A model generated the notes under the pieces. The model was given only the letters and a program-made list of their open reading frames with translations, was not told the DNA's origin and did no database searches. From Acidimicrobiia bacterium (GTDB lineage: Bacteria; Actinomycetota; Acidimicrobiia; Spongiisociales; ZC4RG35), in the NCBI GenBank assembly GCA_048595045.1, contig JBMDXS010000241.1, forward strand, positions 1-56,398: a stretch of DNA of 56,398 nt, read 5' to 3'. Both the position numbers and the translations under genes were made by a program. Of the stretch, positions 27,884-36,996 are shown piece after piece; positions within the stretch are counted from its first letter, which is position 1; every line of letters begins with the position of its first letter.

Positions 27884-30427
27884 TCAGCCAACTCCTTGGG
27901 CGGCGACCACCCCGCGATCGATGGCCCTGAGAGCGGCGATCGTCTCGTCTCGCAGCCCGGGAGCGCTGTCACGCAGTTGTCGCAGCAGGTCGACCAGCTG
28001 GCGAGAGACCCGGACGAAGTCACCCGGGGCCATCCCCCGGGTGGTGAGATCGTCGAACTCGACGCCGGCCGCCCATTCGTGGGCAGGGACCCCGAATCCC
28101 GGGTCGGGGCGGCGAGTCGGGCTGAGACGCAGGGCGCGCTCCCGGTCCACCAGGTCCTTCCACACGATTTCGAGCTCTTCCCAGCGTTCCGCGAGTGTTG
28201 CCGTGGGCCATTCCGCCAGAGACGTCGTGTCCGACCTGGGCTCGTAAACGAACACCGAAGCGAGGGCGACGATCTCGGCCGGCTCGAGGTGGTGGAAGAG
28301 CCCTTGCTCGAGGGCTTCGGCGAGAAGGAGGTCCGATTCGTTGTAGATAGAGCGGAGACGTTGGCCCCTCCCGGTCAGATCCCATCCGGTCAGGTACCCC
28401 ATCTCTTCGAGGAGGCTGCGTATCGCGCCGAACTCCTCGACCAGGCCATGACCGGAGCTGCGCCGGGTCGCTCGATGCTGCTCGAGCTTCCTCCTGATGC
28501 GCAGGGCGCGCCTCGCCGCGGCGAGGTGACGTGCGGCATCCGGGCAGGAAGCCACGGGATGCTCCACGATCGGGTGCTTGCGCACCTCCTTGCTCGACTC
28601 CCGGGGCGGCACCCGCCGCAATGACCGAAGCAGATCCTGGACGTAGCGACGATCCTTCGGCTTGACCGGTAGGGGCACTTCGACCTCTGCCACGATGGTC
28701 GACCCCTGGATGATGTCTCTGTAACGGATCGTGGATACGCGTCCGGAGGTGGAGAGCGCCAGATAGCGCGCCCCGCCGTCCTTCCGGGCGAGGCGCTTGA
28801 GGATCAGGTACCTGCCGTCTCTGGAGCCACCGGGGACGTCGACCACTTGCCCCGTGCCGAGCGCCGACGAGATGCGGTCGTCGTGACGTTCCGGCTTGGA
28901 TGACTCGATCAGGGTCATGTACTCCTCGACGTCGCCTCGTTCACATCGGGCCGCAGCCTCCTCCTTCTCCAACGTGTGCTCCAAGGCCTCGATGGTCGTC
29001 TCGGCGGCATGGCGGTCGCCCTCGCGCTGGAAGGCGGCAAACGATGCCTCGAGCAGCTCCTCCGCTCGCTCCCGTTCGTAATTGGCCACGAGGTTCGCTG
29101 TCATGTTGTAGGTGGGCCGGAAGCTGGATCTAAGGGGGTGGGCGCCGATCGAGGCGATCTCGGTGACCGAGTCGAAGCGCACGAACGGCGAGTGGAGGAC
29201 CACGCCGAAACCCTCGACGTCGATGCCCCTCCGTCCGGCCCGGCCGGTGAGCTGGGTGTAGTCGCCCGGGCGCATCATCTCGTGTGTCTCCCCGTTGAAC
29301 TTGGAGAGCGATTCGAGAACCACGGTCCGTGCCGGCATGTTTATTCCCAGGGCCAGCGTCTCGGTGGCAAACACCACCCTGAGCAGGCCGCTCTCGAACA
29401 ACTCCTCCACGGTTTCCTTGAAAGCCGGGACCAGACCGGCGTGATGGGGTGCCACGCCGGCTTCGAGCCCTGCGATCCAACGGTCGTAGCCGAGGACGGT
29501 CAGATCCTGTTCCCCGAGATGGCTGGTACGGGTCTCCGCTATCTCGCGAATCGCCGTGCGCTGGGTGGGGTCGGTGAGCCGTATCCCGGCGTCGACAAGT
29601 CGGTGGGCCGCCGCATCACATCCGGCGCGGCTGAAAATGAAGAAGATCGCGGGAAGCATCCCCTCCTCGGCCAGACGCTCGACAGCCTCGGTCCGGTTGG
29701 GGCTCTTGAACCGGCGCCGCCGGCCCCGTTCCAGTCCCAGCATGTGCTCGATGCGTGGGTTGGGCCGTCTCCTCCCCTCCCGTTCGACAAAGGTGGGGAG
29801 GAGGTGCAGGGTCTGGGCCCCCATCCGGTCCCTCACCATGTACATCGACTCCAACGGGACCGGTCGGTGGTCGGTTGCGATCAACCGGGTGGGCCCACGC
29901 CTCTCCCCGACCCACGCCGCGAACTCCTCGTTGTTGGAGACGGTCGCCGACAGACACACAAGTTGGAGATGACGGGGGGCGTGGATGATCACTTCCTCCC
30001 AGACGGCACCGCGGGTGGGGTCCTGCAGATAGTGAACCTCATCGAGGATCACCAGGCCGACCCGGTCGAGGCGGGTCCCTTCGGCGTAGATCATGTTGCG
30101 CAGTACCTCTGTGGTCATGACCACGATCTCGGCGTCGCCGTTGATCACGTTGTCCCCCGTGAGCAGTCCGACGCGATGGGGGCCGTAGGTGGAGACGAAG
30201 TCGGAGTACTTCTGGTTGGACAGTGCCTTGATCGGCGTCGTGTAGAAGGCACGCTCGCCTCTGGTGACGGCGAGATGGATCGCCGCCTCGGCGACGAGGG
30301 TCTTCCCGGCGCCGGTGGGAGCGGTGACGACGACCGAGTGCCCGTCGGCGATCGCTTCCCCGGCCTCGACCTGGAAGTCGTCGGCGCGAAACGGCAGCTG
30401 CGACCAGAAGGCCTCGAGTTCTGTCAT
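27884..30427 (-). CDS. helY: Ski2-like DEAD/DEAH helicase HelY
   Basis: APTGAGKT, PIKALSNQK, DEVH, LSAT, FATETLALGINMPA, QLTGRAGRRG; follows tatC. Confidence 0.93.
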   Translation of the reverse strand: MTELEAFWSQLPFRADDFQVEAGEAIADGHSVVVTAPTGAGKTLVAEAAIHLAVTRGERAFYTTPIKALSNQKYSDFVSTYGPHRVGLLTGDNVINGDAEIVVMTTEVLRNMIYAEGTRLDRVGLVILDEVHYLQDPTRGAVWEEVIIHAPRHLQLVCLSATVSNNEEFAAWVGERRGPTRLIATDHRPVPLESMYMVRDRMGAQTLHLLPTFVEREGRRRPNPRIEHMLGLERGRRRRFKSPNRTEAVERLAEEGMLPAIFFIFSRAGCDAAAHRLVDAGIRLTDPTQRTAIREIAETRTSHLGEQDLTVLGYDRWIAGLEAGVAPHHAGLVPAFKETVEELFESGLLRVVFATETLALGINMPARTVVLESLSKFNGETHEMMRPGDYTQLTGRAGRRGIDVEGFGVVLHSPFVRFDSVTEIASIGAHPLRSSFRPTYNMTANLVANYERERAEELLEASFAAFQREGDRHAAETTIEALEHTLEKEEAAARCERGDVEEYMTLIESSKPERHDDRISSALGTGQVVDVPGGSRDGRYLILKRLARKDGGARYLALSTSGRVSTIRYRDIIQGSTIVAEVEVPLPVKPKDRRYVQDLLRSLRRVPPRESSKEVRKHPIVEHPVASCPDAARHLAAARRALRIRRKLEQHRATRRSSGHGLVEEFGAIRSLLEEMGYLTGWDLTGRGQRLRSIYNESDLLLAEALEQGLFHHLEPAEIVALASVFVYEPRSDTTSLAEWPTATLAERWEELEIVWKDLVDRERALRLSPTRRPDPGFGVPAHEWAAGVEFDDLTTRGMAPGDFVRVSRQLVDLLRQLRDSAPGLRDETIAALRAIDRGVVAAQGVG

Positions 30428-31137
30428 TTCCTGAGGACCAGCCTCACCAGCCAGTAGGTGGCCTCATACATCAGGTACAGGGGCACCGACAGCACGATCA
30501 GGCTGAAGGCATCTCCGCTGGGCGTGATCAGGGCTGCACCGATCACGATGATGAGGACAGCCCATCTCCTCCCCCGAGCCAGCTGTCGCGACGAGATGAC
30601 CCCTGCCGCCGCCGCGGCGAAGAGGAACACCGGAAAGAGAAACGCCAGTCCGAAGGCGAACAGGAATCGCAGGGTGAACGAGTAGTAGTCGCCGAGACGA
30701 AGGTTGGACTCGACATCGGGGAAGATGTCGAGGAGGAACTCGAGGCCCCGTGGGAGAGTCGCATACCCGAAGACCACACCCCCCACGAAGAGCACGACCA
30801 ACGAGCCGACGACGGGAAGCGCCCAGTTTCGCTCCCTCTTGGTGAGGGCAGGCTGGATGAACGCCCATATCTGATATAGGACGACCGGGCTGGCCAAGAT
30901 GATCCCACCGAACATCGCGATCCTCATCAGGACACCCCATTGCTCGGTGGGGTTCAGGGTCTGCAGGTCGTTGTCCGGCGCCGCGTCACGGAACGGCGCT
31001 TCCAGGATCATCCGCAGCTGATCGTGGAATACCAGGGCTACCAGGCCACCGATGACGATGGCGATGGCGATCCTGACCAGCCTCCAGCGCAACTCCTCCA
31101 GATGGGCGAGGATGGATTGCGGTTTGTCCTCGATCAC
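30424..31137 (-). CDS. tatC: Twin-arginine translocase subunit TatC
   Basis: HLEELRWRL, YQIWAFIQPAL, ITPSGD, 6 TM; GTG 31137 overlaps the upstream TGA. Confidence 0.96.
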   Translation of the reverse strand: MIEDKPQSILAHLEELRWRLVRIAIAIVIGGLVALVFHDQLRMILEAPFRDAAPDNDLQTLNPTEQWGVLMRIAMFGGIILASPVVLYQIWAFIQPALTKRERNWALPVVGSLVVLFVGGVVFGYATLPRGLEFLLDIFPDVESNLRLGDYYSFTLRFLFAFGLAFLFPVFLFAAAAAGVISSRQLARGRRWAVLIIVIGAALITPSGDAFSLIVLSVPLYLMYEATYWLVRLVLRK

Positions 31138-31499
31138 CGCGGCGGGCCTTCGTCGGCCGCCCTTTTCTCGATCTCCTCGAGATCGGCCATGGCATCGGCC
31201 GGGGTCGGGCCCGAGATGGGCTTGGGGCCGTTCCAATCCAGCCTGGTGACACCGGCCTCGTCGATGCCCTTGCGAAGCTCTTCCGAAGTCTTCTTGAGGT
31301 CGTCGAGGGGCGCCTTCAGGTCCTCCCCGGCTTCCTTGATGTCCGCCACCTCCGCCTCGAGCCCTCTTCTCAGGTCACGGGCCGCCGACCTCAGCTCGGC
31401 AGTCCACTCCCCCAACTTGCGGGCGACCTCGGGTAGCCGCTTCGGCCCCAGGACCACCAGGGCCAGGAGAGCGATGATAAGGATCTCACCGGGCTGCAT
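31134..31499 (-). CDS. tatB: Twin-arginine translocase TatB-like subunit
   Basis: EILIIALLALVVLGPKRLPEVARKLG (GP hinge), amphipathic helix, charged tail. Start approximate. Confidence 0.82.
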   Translation of the reverse strand: MQPGEILIIALLALVVLGPKRLPEVARKLGEWTAELRSAARDLRRGLEAEVADIKEAGEDLKAPLDDLKKTSEELRKGIDEAGVTRLDWNGPKPISGPTPADAMADLEEIEKRAADEGPPR

Positions 31500-31545
31500 C
31501 TCGATGTGGAGGGTACCGGCTGTGCCGTGCTCGGTACTTGTCACC

Positions 31546-31582
31546 AAAAAAGGGTGGCGATCTCGGGGATCGCCACCCTTTT
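31546..31582 (-). terminator. Intrinsic terminator (possibly bidirectional)
   Basis: Perfect 15-bp inverted repeat AAAAGGGTGGCGATC-N5-GATCGCCACCCTTTT; gives a U6 tail on the minus strand and U4 on the plus strand. Confidence 0.88.
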
Positions 31583-31634
31583 GCGTGTCGAGGGCACCCT
31601 GCCCATGGTGCCCGTCGAAGAGATCTAGGTCAGG

Positions 31635-31925
31635 TCAGCCGGCCAGAAGGCGAAACGGATCCGATTCCGCCTCTAGGGCGACGACGAACGCCTCGATCTC
31701 GCTCTCGGTGATCGGATCAGGGTTGACGACCTCGAAGGCCACCCCCGTTGCCAACAAGACACTCACGACCCGTGAATTGGCCGGCCGGCGCTGTGGTTCG
31801 GTGCAGGTCGGGCACTTGAAGCGGTAGTCACCCTCCCGGCCACCGGGGCGCAGCTCCAGCGCAACGTCATCCGGGGTGAGATGGATGTCACCGCATCGGG
31901 CGCAAGTTGTCTTGATGGTGGTCAT
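31635..31925 (-). CDS. Small hypothetical Zn-ribbon protein (96 aa, CxxC...CxxC)
   Basis: MTTIKTTCARCGDIHLT...YRFKCPTC...; GGAG SD upstream of ATG 31925 and a terminator downstream. Confidence 0.82.
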   Translation of the reverse strand: MTTIKTTCARCGDIHLTPDDVALELRPGGREGDYRFKCPTCTEPQRRPANSRVVSVLLATGVAFEVVNPDPITESEIEAFVVALEAESDPFRLLAG

Positions 31926-31957
31926 CCCTGGTCTCCGGTCTCCCATAACAAGATGGG

Positions 31958-31984
31958 TGATCGGCATCGGTGGCGCGAATCTGA
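31958..31984 (-). promoter_or_regulatory. Putative sigma28 (FliA/WhiG)-type promoter
   Basis: Minus strand reads TCAG-N15-GCCGATCA against the consensus TAAA-N15-GCCGATAA. Confidence 0.4.
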
Positions 31985-31995
31985 AGCGCGCCGGA

Positions 31996-32940
31996 CTAGG
32001 TCGGACGGCCCGTTCCGTAGCGCTCTCTGAGCACACCGGCGATGGCAGTGACCCGGGCCCTGACCTCCTCACCATCCAGGAGGCGTGCCTGGTCACCGAG
32101 ACGAAGCAGCAGACGTGCCGGAATCTCCGCATCGGGGGACGAAAAGCGGATCTCCGTGCCTTGCTTCGTCTCCTTCACCACATCGACCGGGTAATAGTCA
32201 AGCACCCATCTCGCCGAGTGTTCGAGGCGGATCCTGGCCACGACATCCTCTTCGGACGGGGTATAGGCGATCTCCGGCTTGGTTGGCGTCTTGGGACGCT
32301 GGAACGGCTGATCCAGTACCTCCAGCTCACGTATCCGATCGACCCTGAACACGCGCTCGGCTCCGACCAGCCGGCAGAAGCCCTGGACATACCAGTTGCC
32401 CAGTGTGCTGACGACGGTCCAGGGCTCGATCTCGCGCACCGTCTCGGTCTCCCTTCCCAGTGAGCGATATCTGATCCTGACCACCCGTTGTCCGGCAGCA
32501 GCAGATTTCAGGGTCGCCAGGTTCTCGGAGTCCCCGGACACATCGACGTCGATCGCCGACCCAGCGTCGGGAAGTAACGCCTTGGTCAGCTTGTCCACCG
32601 CCGTCTTCAGGTCGGGGGATCCCTGACCCGAGCCGATGATGGCCATGCCGGCAGCCATCAGGCCCAGGGCTTCGATCGGCGTCAATCGTGGCGCCTTGGC
32701 GAAGTAATCGGCCGCATCGATGATCACTTCGTCTCCGTCGATGTACGCCTCCATGAGGTCGCCGGGGGTGTAGCCGGGCAGACCACAGAAGAACACCGTG
32801 TTGAGATCGCGGGTCAGCTCCTCTTCGGTGTAGTCGAAGCGATCCATGATCTCCGAGACCTTGGCCCCGTCCTTGGCGAGCACGTAGGGGATGAGGGCCA
32901 GGATCCGGGAGAGACGGCCTGCGGTGCGGTCGCTGCTCAT
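31996..32940 (-). CDS. pafC: HTH-WYL transcriptional activator PafC
   Basis: RLSRILALIPY, CGLPGYTPGDLM, WYVQGFC...FRVDRI (WYL domain); follows pafB. Confidence 0.93.
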   Translation of the reverse strand: MSSDRTAGRLSRILALIPYVLAKDGAKVSEIMDRFDYTEEELTRDLNTVFFCGLPGYTPGDLMEAYIDGDEVIIDAADYFAKAPRLTPIEALGLMAAGMAIIGSGQGSPDLKTAVDKLTKALLPDAGSAIDVDVSGDSENLATLKSAAAGQRVVRIRYRSLGRETETVREIEPWTVVSTLGNWYVQGFCRLVGAERVFRVDRIRELEVLDQPFQRPKTPTKPEIAYTPSEEDVVARIRLEHSARWVLDYYPVDVVKETKQGTEIRFSSPDAEIPARLLLRLGDQARLLDGEEVRARVTAIAGVLRERYGTGRPT

Positions 32941-33860
32941 GTCAGCCCGTTCACCGCAGCCTCGACCCGATCGAGCACCCCATCACGCAGTTCGGTCGGG
33001 GCCAGGACCTCCGCATCCGGGCCAAAGCCGAGGATCCACCCGATGAAGGCATCTCGATTGGCCACTTTCAGCTCCACTTCCAATGGGCCGGTGGGCGGCG
33101 GTTCCACGTCGAGGGTGCGGGCGGCCCACCACGCCAGCCCTTCGTCGAACCGCACGGAGGCGGTGACGACCTCGTCCGAGCCCGCCTCCCAGGGATTGGT
33201 GCTCATGGCCTGCTTCACCTGGAAGCTCTTGGGTCTCTGGAACACCTCGGCATCCTTGCCGACCTCGAGGTTGGTGATACGGTCGACCCGGTACACCCGC
33301 TCCCCCGCTCGGGTGCGCCCGACCAGGTACCAATGGCCCCTCCTATGCGCCATCCCGTAGGGCTCGACGGTCCGGCCCACCTCTGCATAGTCGAATTCGA
33401 CCTTGCGTCGCTCCGTCACGGCCAGGAACAAGTCACCCAGGACGGAGGCTTCTGCGCCGAGGTCGGCACCGAGCGGCTCGATCCCGGTCCGGCGTTCGAC
33501 ACCACCGAGCTTGAGGAGACCGCCCAGCCCGGCGTTGGCTCCACCGAGACGGACCATTCGCGCCGCCACCGAGAGTGCCACTCGCTCCTCTTCGGTCAAA
33601 CCGGGATCGGGCAGGGCGTACTTGGTCGGGTCGACGGTATAGCCGAAATCGATCTCCCAGGTGTCCAGCGCCCTCATCTCGAGTGGTACCCCAAGACGCT
33701 TGAGGAGGTCCTTGTCCCGCTCGAACATCCGGTGAAATGCCTCGTCGCTCTCTTGTCCGTAGCCGGCAACTGTGTGACGGATGTCGGCAGCGGTCGCCGG
33801 CTCCGGTGACTCGAGGAGGTAGATGAGGAGGTTGATGACCCTCTCGACGACGTTCTGCAT
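32937..33860 (-). CDS. pafB: HTH-WYL transcriptional activator PafB
   Basis: ERVINLLIYL, AFHRMFERDKDLL, HWYLVG...YRVDRI. Start is ATG 33860 or GTG 33863. Confidence 0.93.
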   Translation of the reverse strand: MQNVVERVINLLIYLLESPEPATAADIRHTVAGYGQESDEAFHRMFERDKDLLKRLGVPLEMRALDTWEIDFGYTVDPTKYALPDPGLTEEERVALSVAARMVRLGGANAGLGGLLKLGGVERRTGIEPLGADLGAEASVLGDLFLAVTERRKVEFDYAEVGRTVEPYGMAHRRGHWYLVGRTRAGERVYRVDRITNLEVGKDAEVFQRPKSFQVKQAMSTNPWEAGSDEVVTASVRFDEGLAWWAARTLDVEPPPTGPLEVELKVANRDAFIGWILGFGPDAEVLAPTELRDGVLDRVEAAVNGLT

Positions 33861-33927
33861 CACCCGATTGTTGCGAATTGGGAGCCACAGGACCGTTTAC
33901 GACGCCTGTGCGTCCCAATTTCGAGGT

Positions 33928-35283
33928 CTAGAGGCTCTCGATCAGCTTCTCGACCCGTTCGTCGTGGGCCTTGAAGGGGTCCTTGCACATGACGGTGCGT
34001 TGCGCCTGGTCGTTGAGCTTGAGATGGACCCAATCGACCGTGAAATCCCTCTTCCTGGCCTTGGCCGCCTTGATGAAGGCACCACGGAGCCGGGCCCGAG
34101 TCGTCTGCGGAGGTTGCCTCACTGCCAGCGCCACCTTCTCGTCGGTCACCACACGGTCGACCAGGCCCTTGGCCTCGAGCAAGTAGTAGAGCCCCCTCTT
34201 CCGGTCCACGTCGTGGTAGCTGAGGTCCATCATCGACATGCGGGGATCGGACATGGACATCCCCCGCCGGTCGGCGTAGCGCTCGAGAAGACGGTGCTTT
34301 ATCACCCAGTCGACCTCACGATCCAGGGTCATCGGGTCTTTCTCGAGACCGGTGAGGAGGTGCTCCCAACGGTCGATGGCTCCCTGCACCTCGGGTGGGA
34401 ACCCGGGGCTGCGGGCGAACCTCATCGCCCGATCCAGGTACTCCCACTGGATGTCGAGGGCCGACAGCTCGCGCCCGTTGGCCAGCTTGATCTTGCGCCG
34501 GCAGGTGACGTCGTGTGACACCTCACGTATCGCCCTGATCGGATTCTCCAGCGACAGGTCGCGGAACACGACATCACGCTCGATCATCTGAAGCAGGGCG
34601 ACCATGGTCCCCACCTTCACGAAGGTCGCGTACTCGGACATGTTCGAGTCGCCCGCGATCACGTGGAGCCGACGGTAACGCTCGGCGTCCGCATGGGGCT
34701 CGTCCCTGGTGTTGATGATGGGACGGGAGCGGGTCGTGGCGGACGACACGCCTTCCCAGATGTGATCGGCTCGCTGCGCGATCGAGTATGCGGTGCCCCG
34801 TGGGGTCTGGGTCAGCTTCCCGGCACCCAGGAATATCTGTCTCGTCACCAGGAACGGTATGAGGACGTCCACGGTGCGGTGGAAGTCCTTGTGCCGGCTG
34901 ACCAGGTAGTTCTCGTGGCAACCGTACGAGTTGCCGGCACTGTCGGTGTTGTTCTTGAAGACGTAGATCTCCCCCCTGATGCCCTCTTCCTCGAGTCGCT
35001 CCTCCGCACCCCGCACCAGCCCTTCCAGAATCCGCTCCCCTGCCTTGTCGTGGGCGACGACGTCTTCCAGGTTGTCGCACTCCGGGGTGGCGAACTCGGG
35101 GTGAGAGCCGACGTCCAGATAGAGACGTGCGCCGTTCTCGAGGAATACGTTGGACGATCGGCCCCAGGACACCACCCGGCGGAACAGATAACGGGCGACC
35201 TCATCCGGGCTGAGCCGCCGTTGCCCTCGCAGGGTGCAGGTGACCCCGTATTCGTTCTCGAGCCCGAAGATTCGGCGGTCCAT
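33928..35283 (-). CDS. pafA: Pup--protein ligase
   Basis: [70 protein letters not shown]. Confidence 0.98.
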   Translation of the reverse strand: MDRRIFGLENEYGVTCTLRGQRRLSPDEVARYLFRRVVSWGRSSNVFLENGARLYLDVGSHPEFATPECDNLEDVVAHDKAGERILEGLVRGAEERLEEEGIRGEIYVFKNNTDSAGNSYGCHENYLVSRHKDFHRTVDVLIPFLVTRQIFLGAGKLTQTPRGTAYSIAQRADHIWEGVSSATTRSRPIINTRDEPHADAERYRRLHVIAGDSNMSEYATFVKVGTMVALLQMIERDVVFRDLSLENPIRAIREVSHDVTCRRKIKLANGRELSALDIQWEYLDRAMRFARSPGFPPEVQGAIDRWEHLLTGLEKDPMTLDREVDWVIKHRLLERYADRRGMSMSDPRMSMMDLSYHDVDRKRGLYYLLEAKGLVDRVVTDEKVALAVRQPPQTTRARLRGAFIKAAKARKRDFTVDWVHLKLNDQAQRTVMCKDPFKAHDERVEKLIESL

Positions 35284-35348
35284 GAGGGCAGGCTATCCCC
35301 GCCCGAGGGGTGTGGTGAGAGTTTCTGTCTTGGCGGTAACCAGAACCG

Positions 35349-36017
35349 TCAGCGTGGCGGCAACTCGCTCCCCGTCAGCCTCCGGAAGGCTCTGCGGCCG
35401 TTGGCATAGTCCAGTACGGCGGCTTCCCAACCTTCGATCTCCCGGCCCTCGGCCCGCCGGAATGCCTCGGCCCCCACCTCGAGGGCTCGCTGCAGGCTGA
35501 GATCCTCCTCCCACAGCTCCTGGAGGGCTTCCACCAACTCCTCCGCCTTGCCGCCGATGGCCACGAATTTGCGCTCGTCGTAGAGGGTGCCGTCGTAGGT
35601 GACCCGGAAGAGACGGTGCTCATCGCCTTCCTCGCTGATCTCCACGATGAGCACCTCGACCTCGAATGGCTTCGGCTCCCGGGTGAAGATCACACCGAGG
35701 GTCTGGGAGAATGCGGTGGCGAGGCCCATCGCGGTCACGTCCTCGCGCGAGTAGAGGTAACCCATCAGGTCGGCCTGGCGGATGCCGGCCTTCCGCAAGG
35801 TCTCGAACTCGTTGTACCGGCCGACGCCGGCGAAGGCGATCCGGTCGTAGACCTCGCTGATCTTGTGTAGGGCAGTCGAGGGGTTCTCGGCCAGGAGGAG
35901 AACGCCTCCGGCGTAGTCGATTGCGATGAGCGATCTGCCCCGGGCGATCCCCTTGCGAGCGAACTCGGCCTTGTCACGGACCTGTTGCTCGGGTGGGACG
36001 TAGATGGGGAAGGTCAT
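35349..36017 (-). CDS. prcA: 20S proteasome alpha subunit
   Basis: MTFPIYVPPEQQVRDKAEFARKGIARGRS, LHKISEVYDRI, YSREDVT. Confidence 0.97.
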   Translation of the reverse strand: MTFPIYVPPEQQVRDKAEFARKGIARGRSLIAIDYAGGVLLLAENPSTALHKISEVYDRIAFAGVGRYNEFETLRKAGIRQADLMGYLYSREDVTAMGLATAFSQTLGVIFTREPKPFEVEVLIVEISEEGDEHRLFRVTYDGTLYDERKFVAIGGKAEELVEALQELWEEDLSLQRALEVGAEAFRRAEGREIEGWEAAVLDYANGRRAFRRLTGSELPPR

Positions 36018-36805
36018 CGGATCTGGTCCACCGCCTCTTCGGCCAGCGGGGCCACGACAGCGTCGGGCAACTCCTCCACCCCTGCCGCCGAGATGCGGAG
36101 AACGGTCGGGTAGATGCCCCGCCTCAGGTCAGGCCCGCCAGTGGCGGTGTCTTCTTGAGATGCGGCCACGAGCGCCTTGACCGCGGCATCGAATGCCTCA
36201 TCATCGGTCATGTCCTCGCGATAGGTCGTCCTCAGATAGGCCTTGGCCAGCCTCGAACCCGAGCCGGTGCTGCCGAAGTCGACTTCCTCGTATCGACCGC
36301 CGACCGCGTCGTAGCTGTACAGCCGTCCTCGTTCCTCCCGCTCGTCGTAGCCCGCGAACAGAGGGACGACCACCAGACCCTGGAATGCCATCGGGAGTTG
36401 GCCCCTGACCAGCCGGGCCAGGAAGGAGGCCTGACCCTCCAGCGAGAGACGCACTCCTTCGATCTTCTCGTAGTGCTCCAGCTCGACCTGGAACAGCCGC
36501 ACCATCTCGATGGCCAGCCCGGCCGTGCCGGCGATGGCAACCGCGGAGTACCGGTCGGCGGGAAACACCTTGCGGATGCGCCGGTGGGCGACCAGGTGCC
36601 CTTCGGTGGCCCGGCGGTCGCCGGCCATCACCACGCCATCCAAATACCGAAGGGCGAGGACCGTGGTCCCCTCAGGAGCGGACGGTGGCCTCTCCCCCGG
36701 CGGGATGTTCAGAACCGGTTTGGCGCCGAGAGAGTCGAGCAGGTCGGTGAAGGAGGATCCGGGGCTCGGCACGTCCATCGGCAAAGGGCCAATGGGTCCG
36801 ATCAC
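36014..36805 (-). CDS. prcB: 20S proteasome beta subunit (with ~46 aa propeptide)
   Basis: SSFTDLL propeptide box, G|TTVLA cleavage site, MAGDRRAT, ELEHYEKIEG, TGSGS, DTATGG. Confidence 0.97.
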   Translation of the reverse strand: MIGPIGPLPMDVPSPGSSFTDLLDSLGAKPVLNIPPGERPPSAPEGTTVLALRYLDGVVMAGDRRATEGHLVAHRRIRKVFPADRYSAVAIAGTAGLAIEMVRLFQVELEHYEKIEGVRLSLEGQASFLARLVRGQLPMAFQGLVVVPLFAGYDEREERGRLYSYDAVGGRYEEVDFGSTGSGSRLAKAYLRTTYREDMTDDEAFDAAVKALVAASQEDTATGGPDLRRGIYPTVLRISAAGVEELPDAVVAPLAEEAVDQIR

Positions 36806-36990
36806 TCGCCACCCTTCTGGACGTAGTTCTTCACGAACTCTTCGGCGTTCTCCTCGAGTACCTCGTCGATCTCGTCGAGCAGGTCGTCCAGCGCCTCGAG
36901 GTCGGCCTCACTCTCCGTCCTGGCCGCGGGCTGTTCTTCGGATTTCTCGTTCTCCTGATCCCGTGACCGGGATCGTTCTCTATCGGACAT
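36802..36990 (-). CDS. pup: Prokaryotic ubiquitin-like protein Pup (C-terminal GGE)
   Basis: LDDLLDEIDEVLEENAEEFVKNYVQKGGE; GGAGG SD. Confidence 0.98.
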   Translation of the reverse strand: MSDRERSRSRDQENEKSEEQPAARTESEADLEALDDLLDEIDEVLEENAEEFVKNYVQKGGE

Positions 36991-36996
36991 CCAGTT

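Noticed and set aside
31996-33860. Tandem WYL-domain genes as defence-system regulators
   Set aside because: Sequence motifs and position after pafA identify them as PafB and PafC; no defence genes are adjacent.
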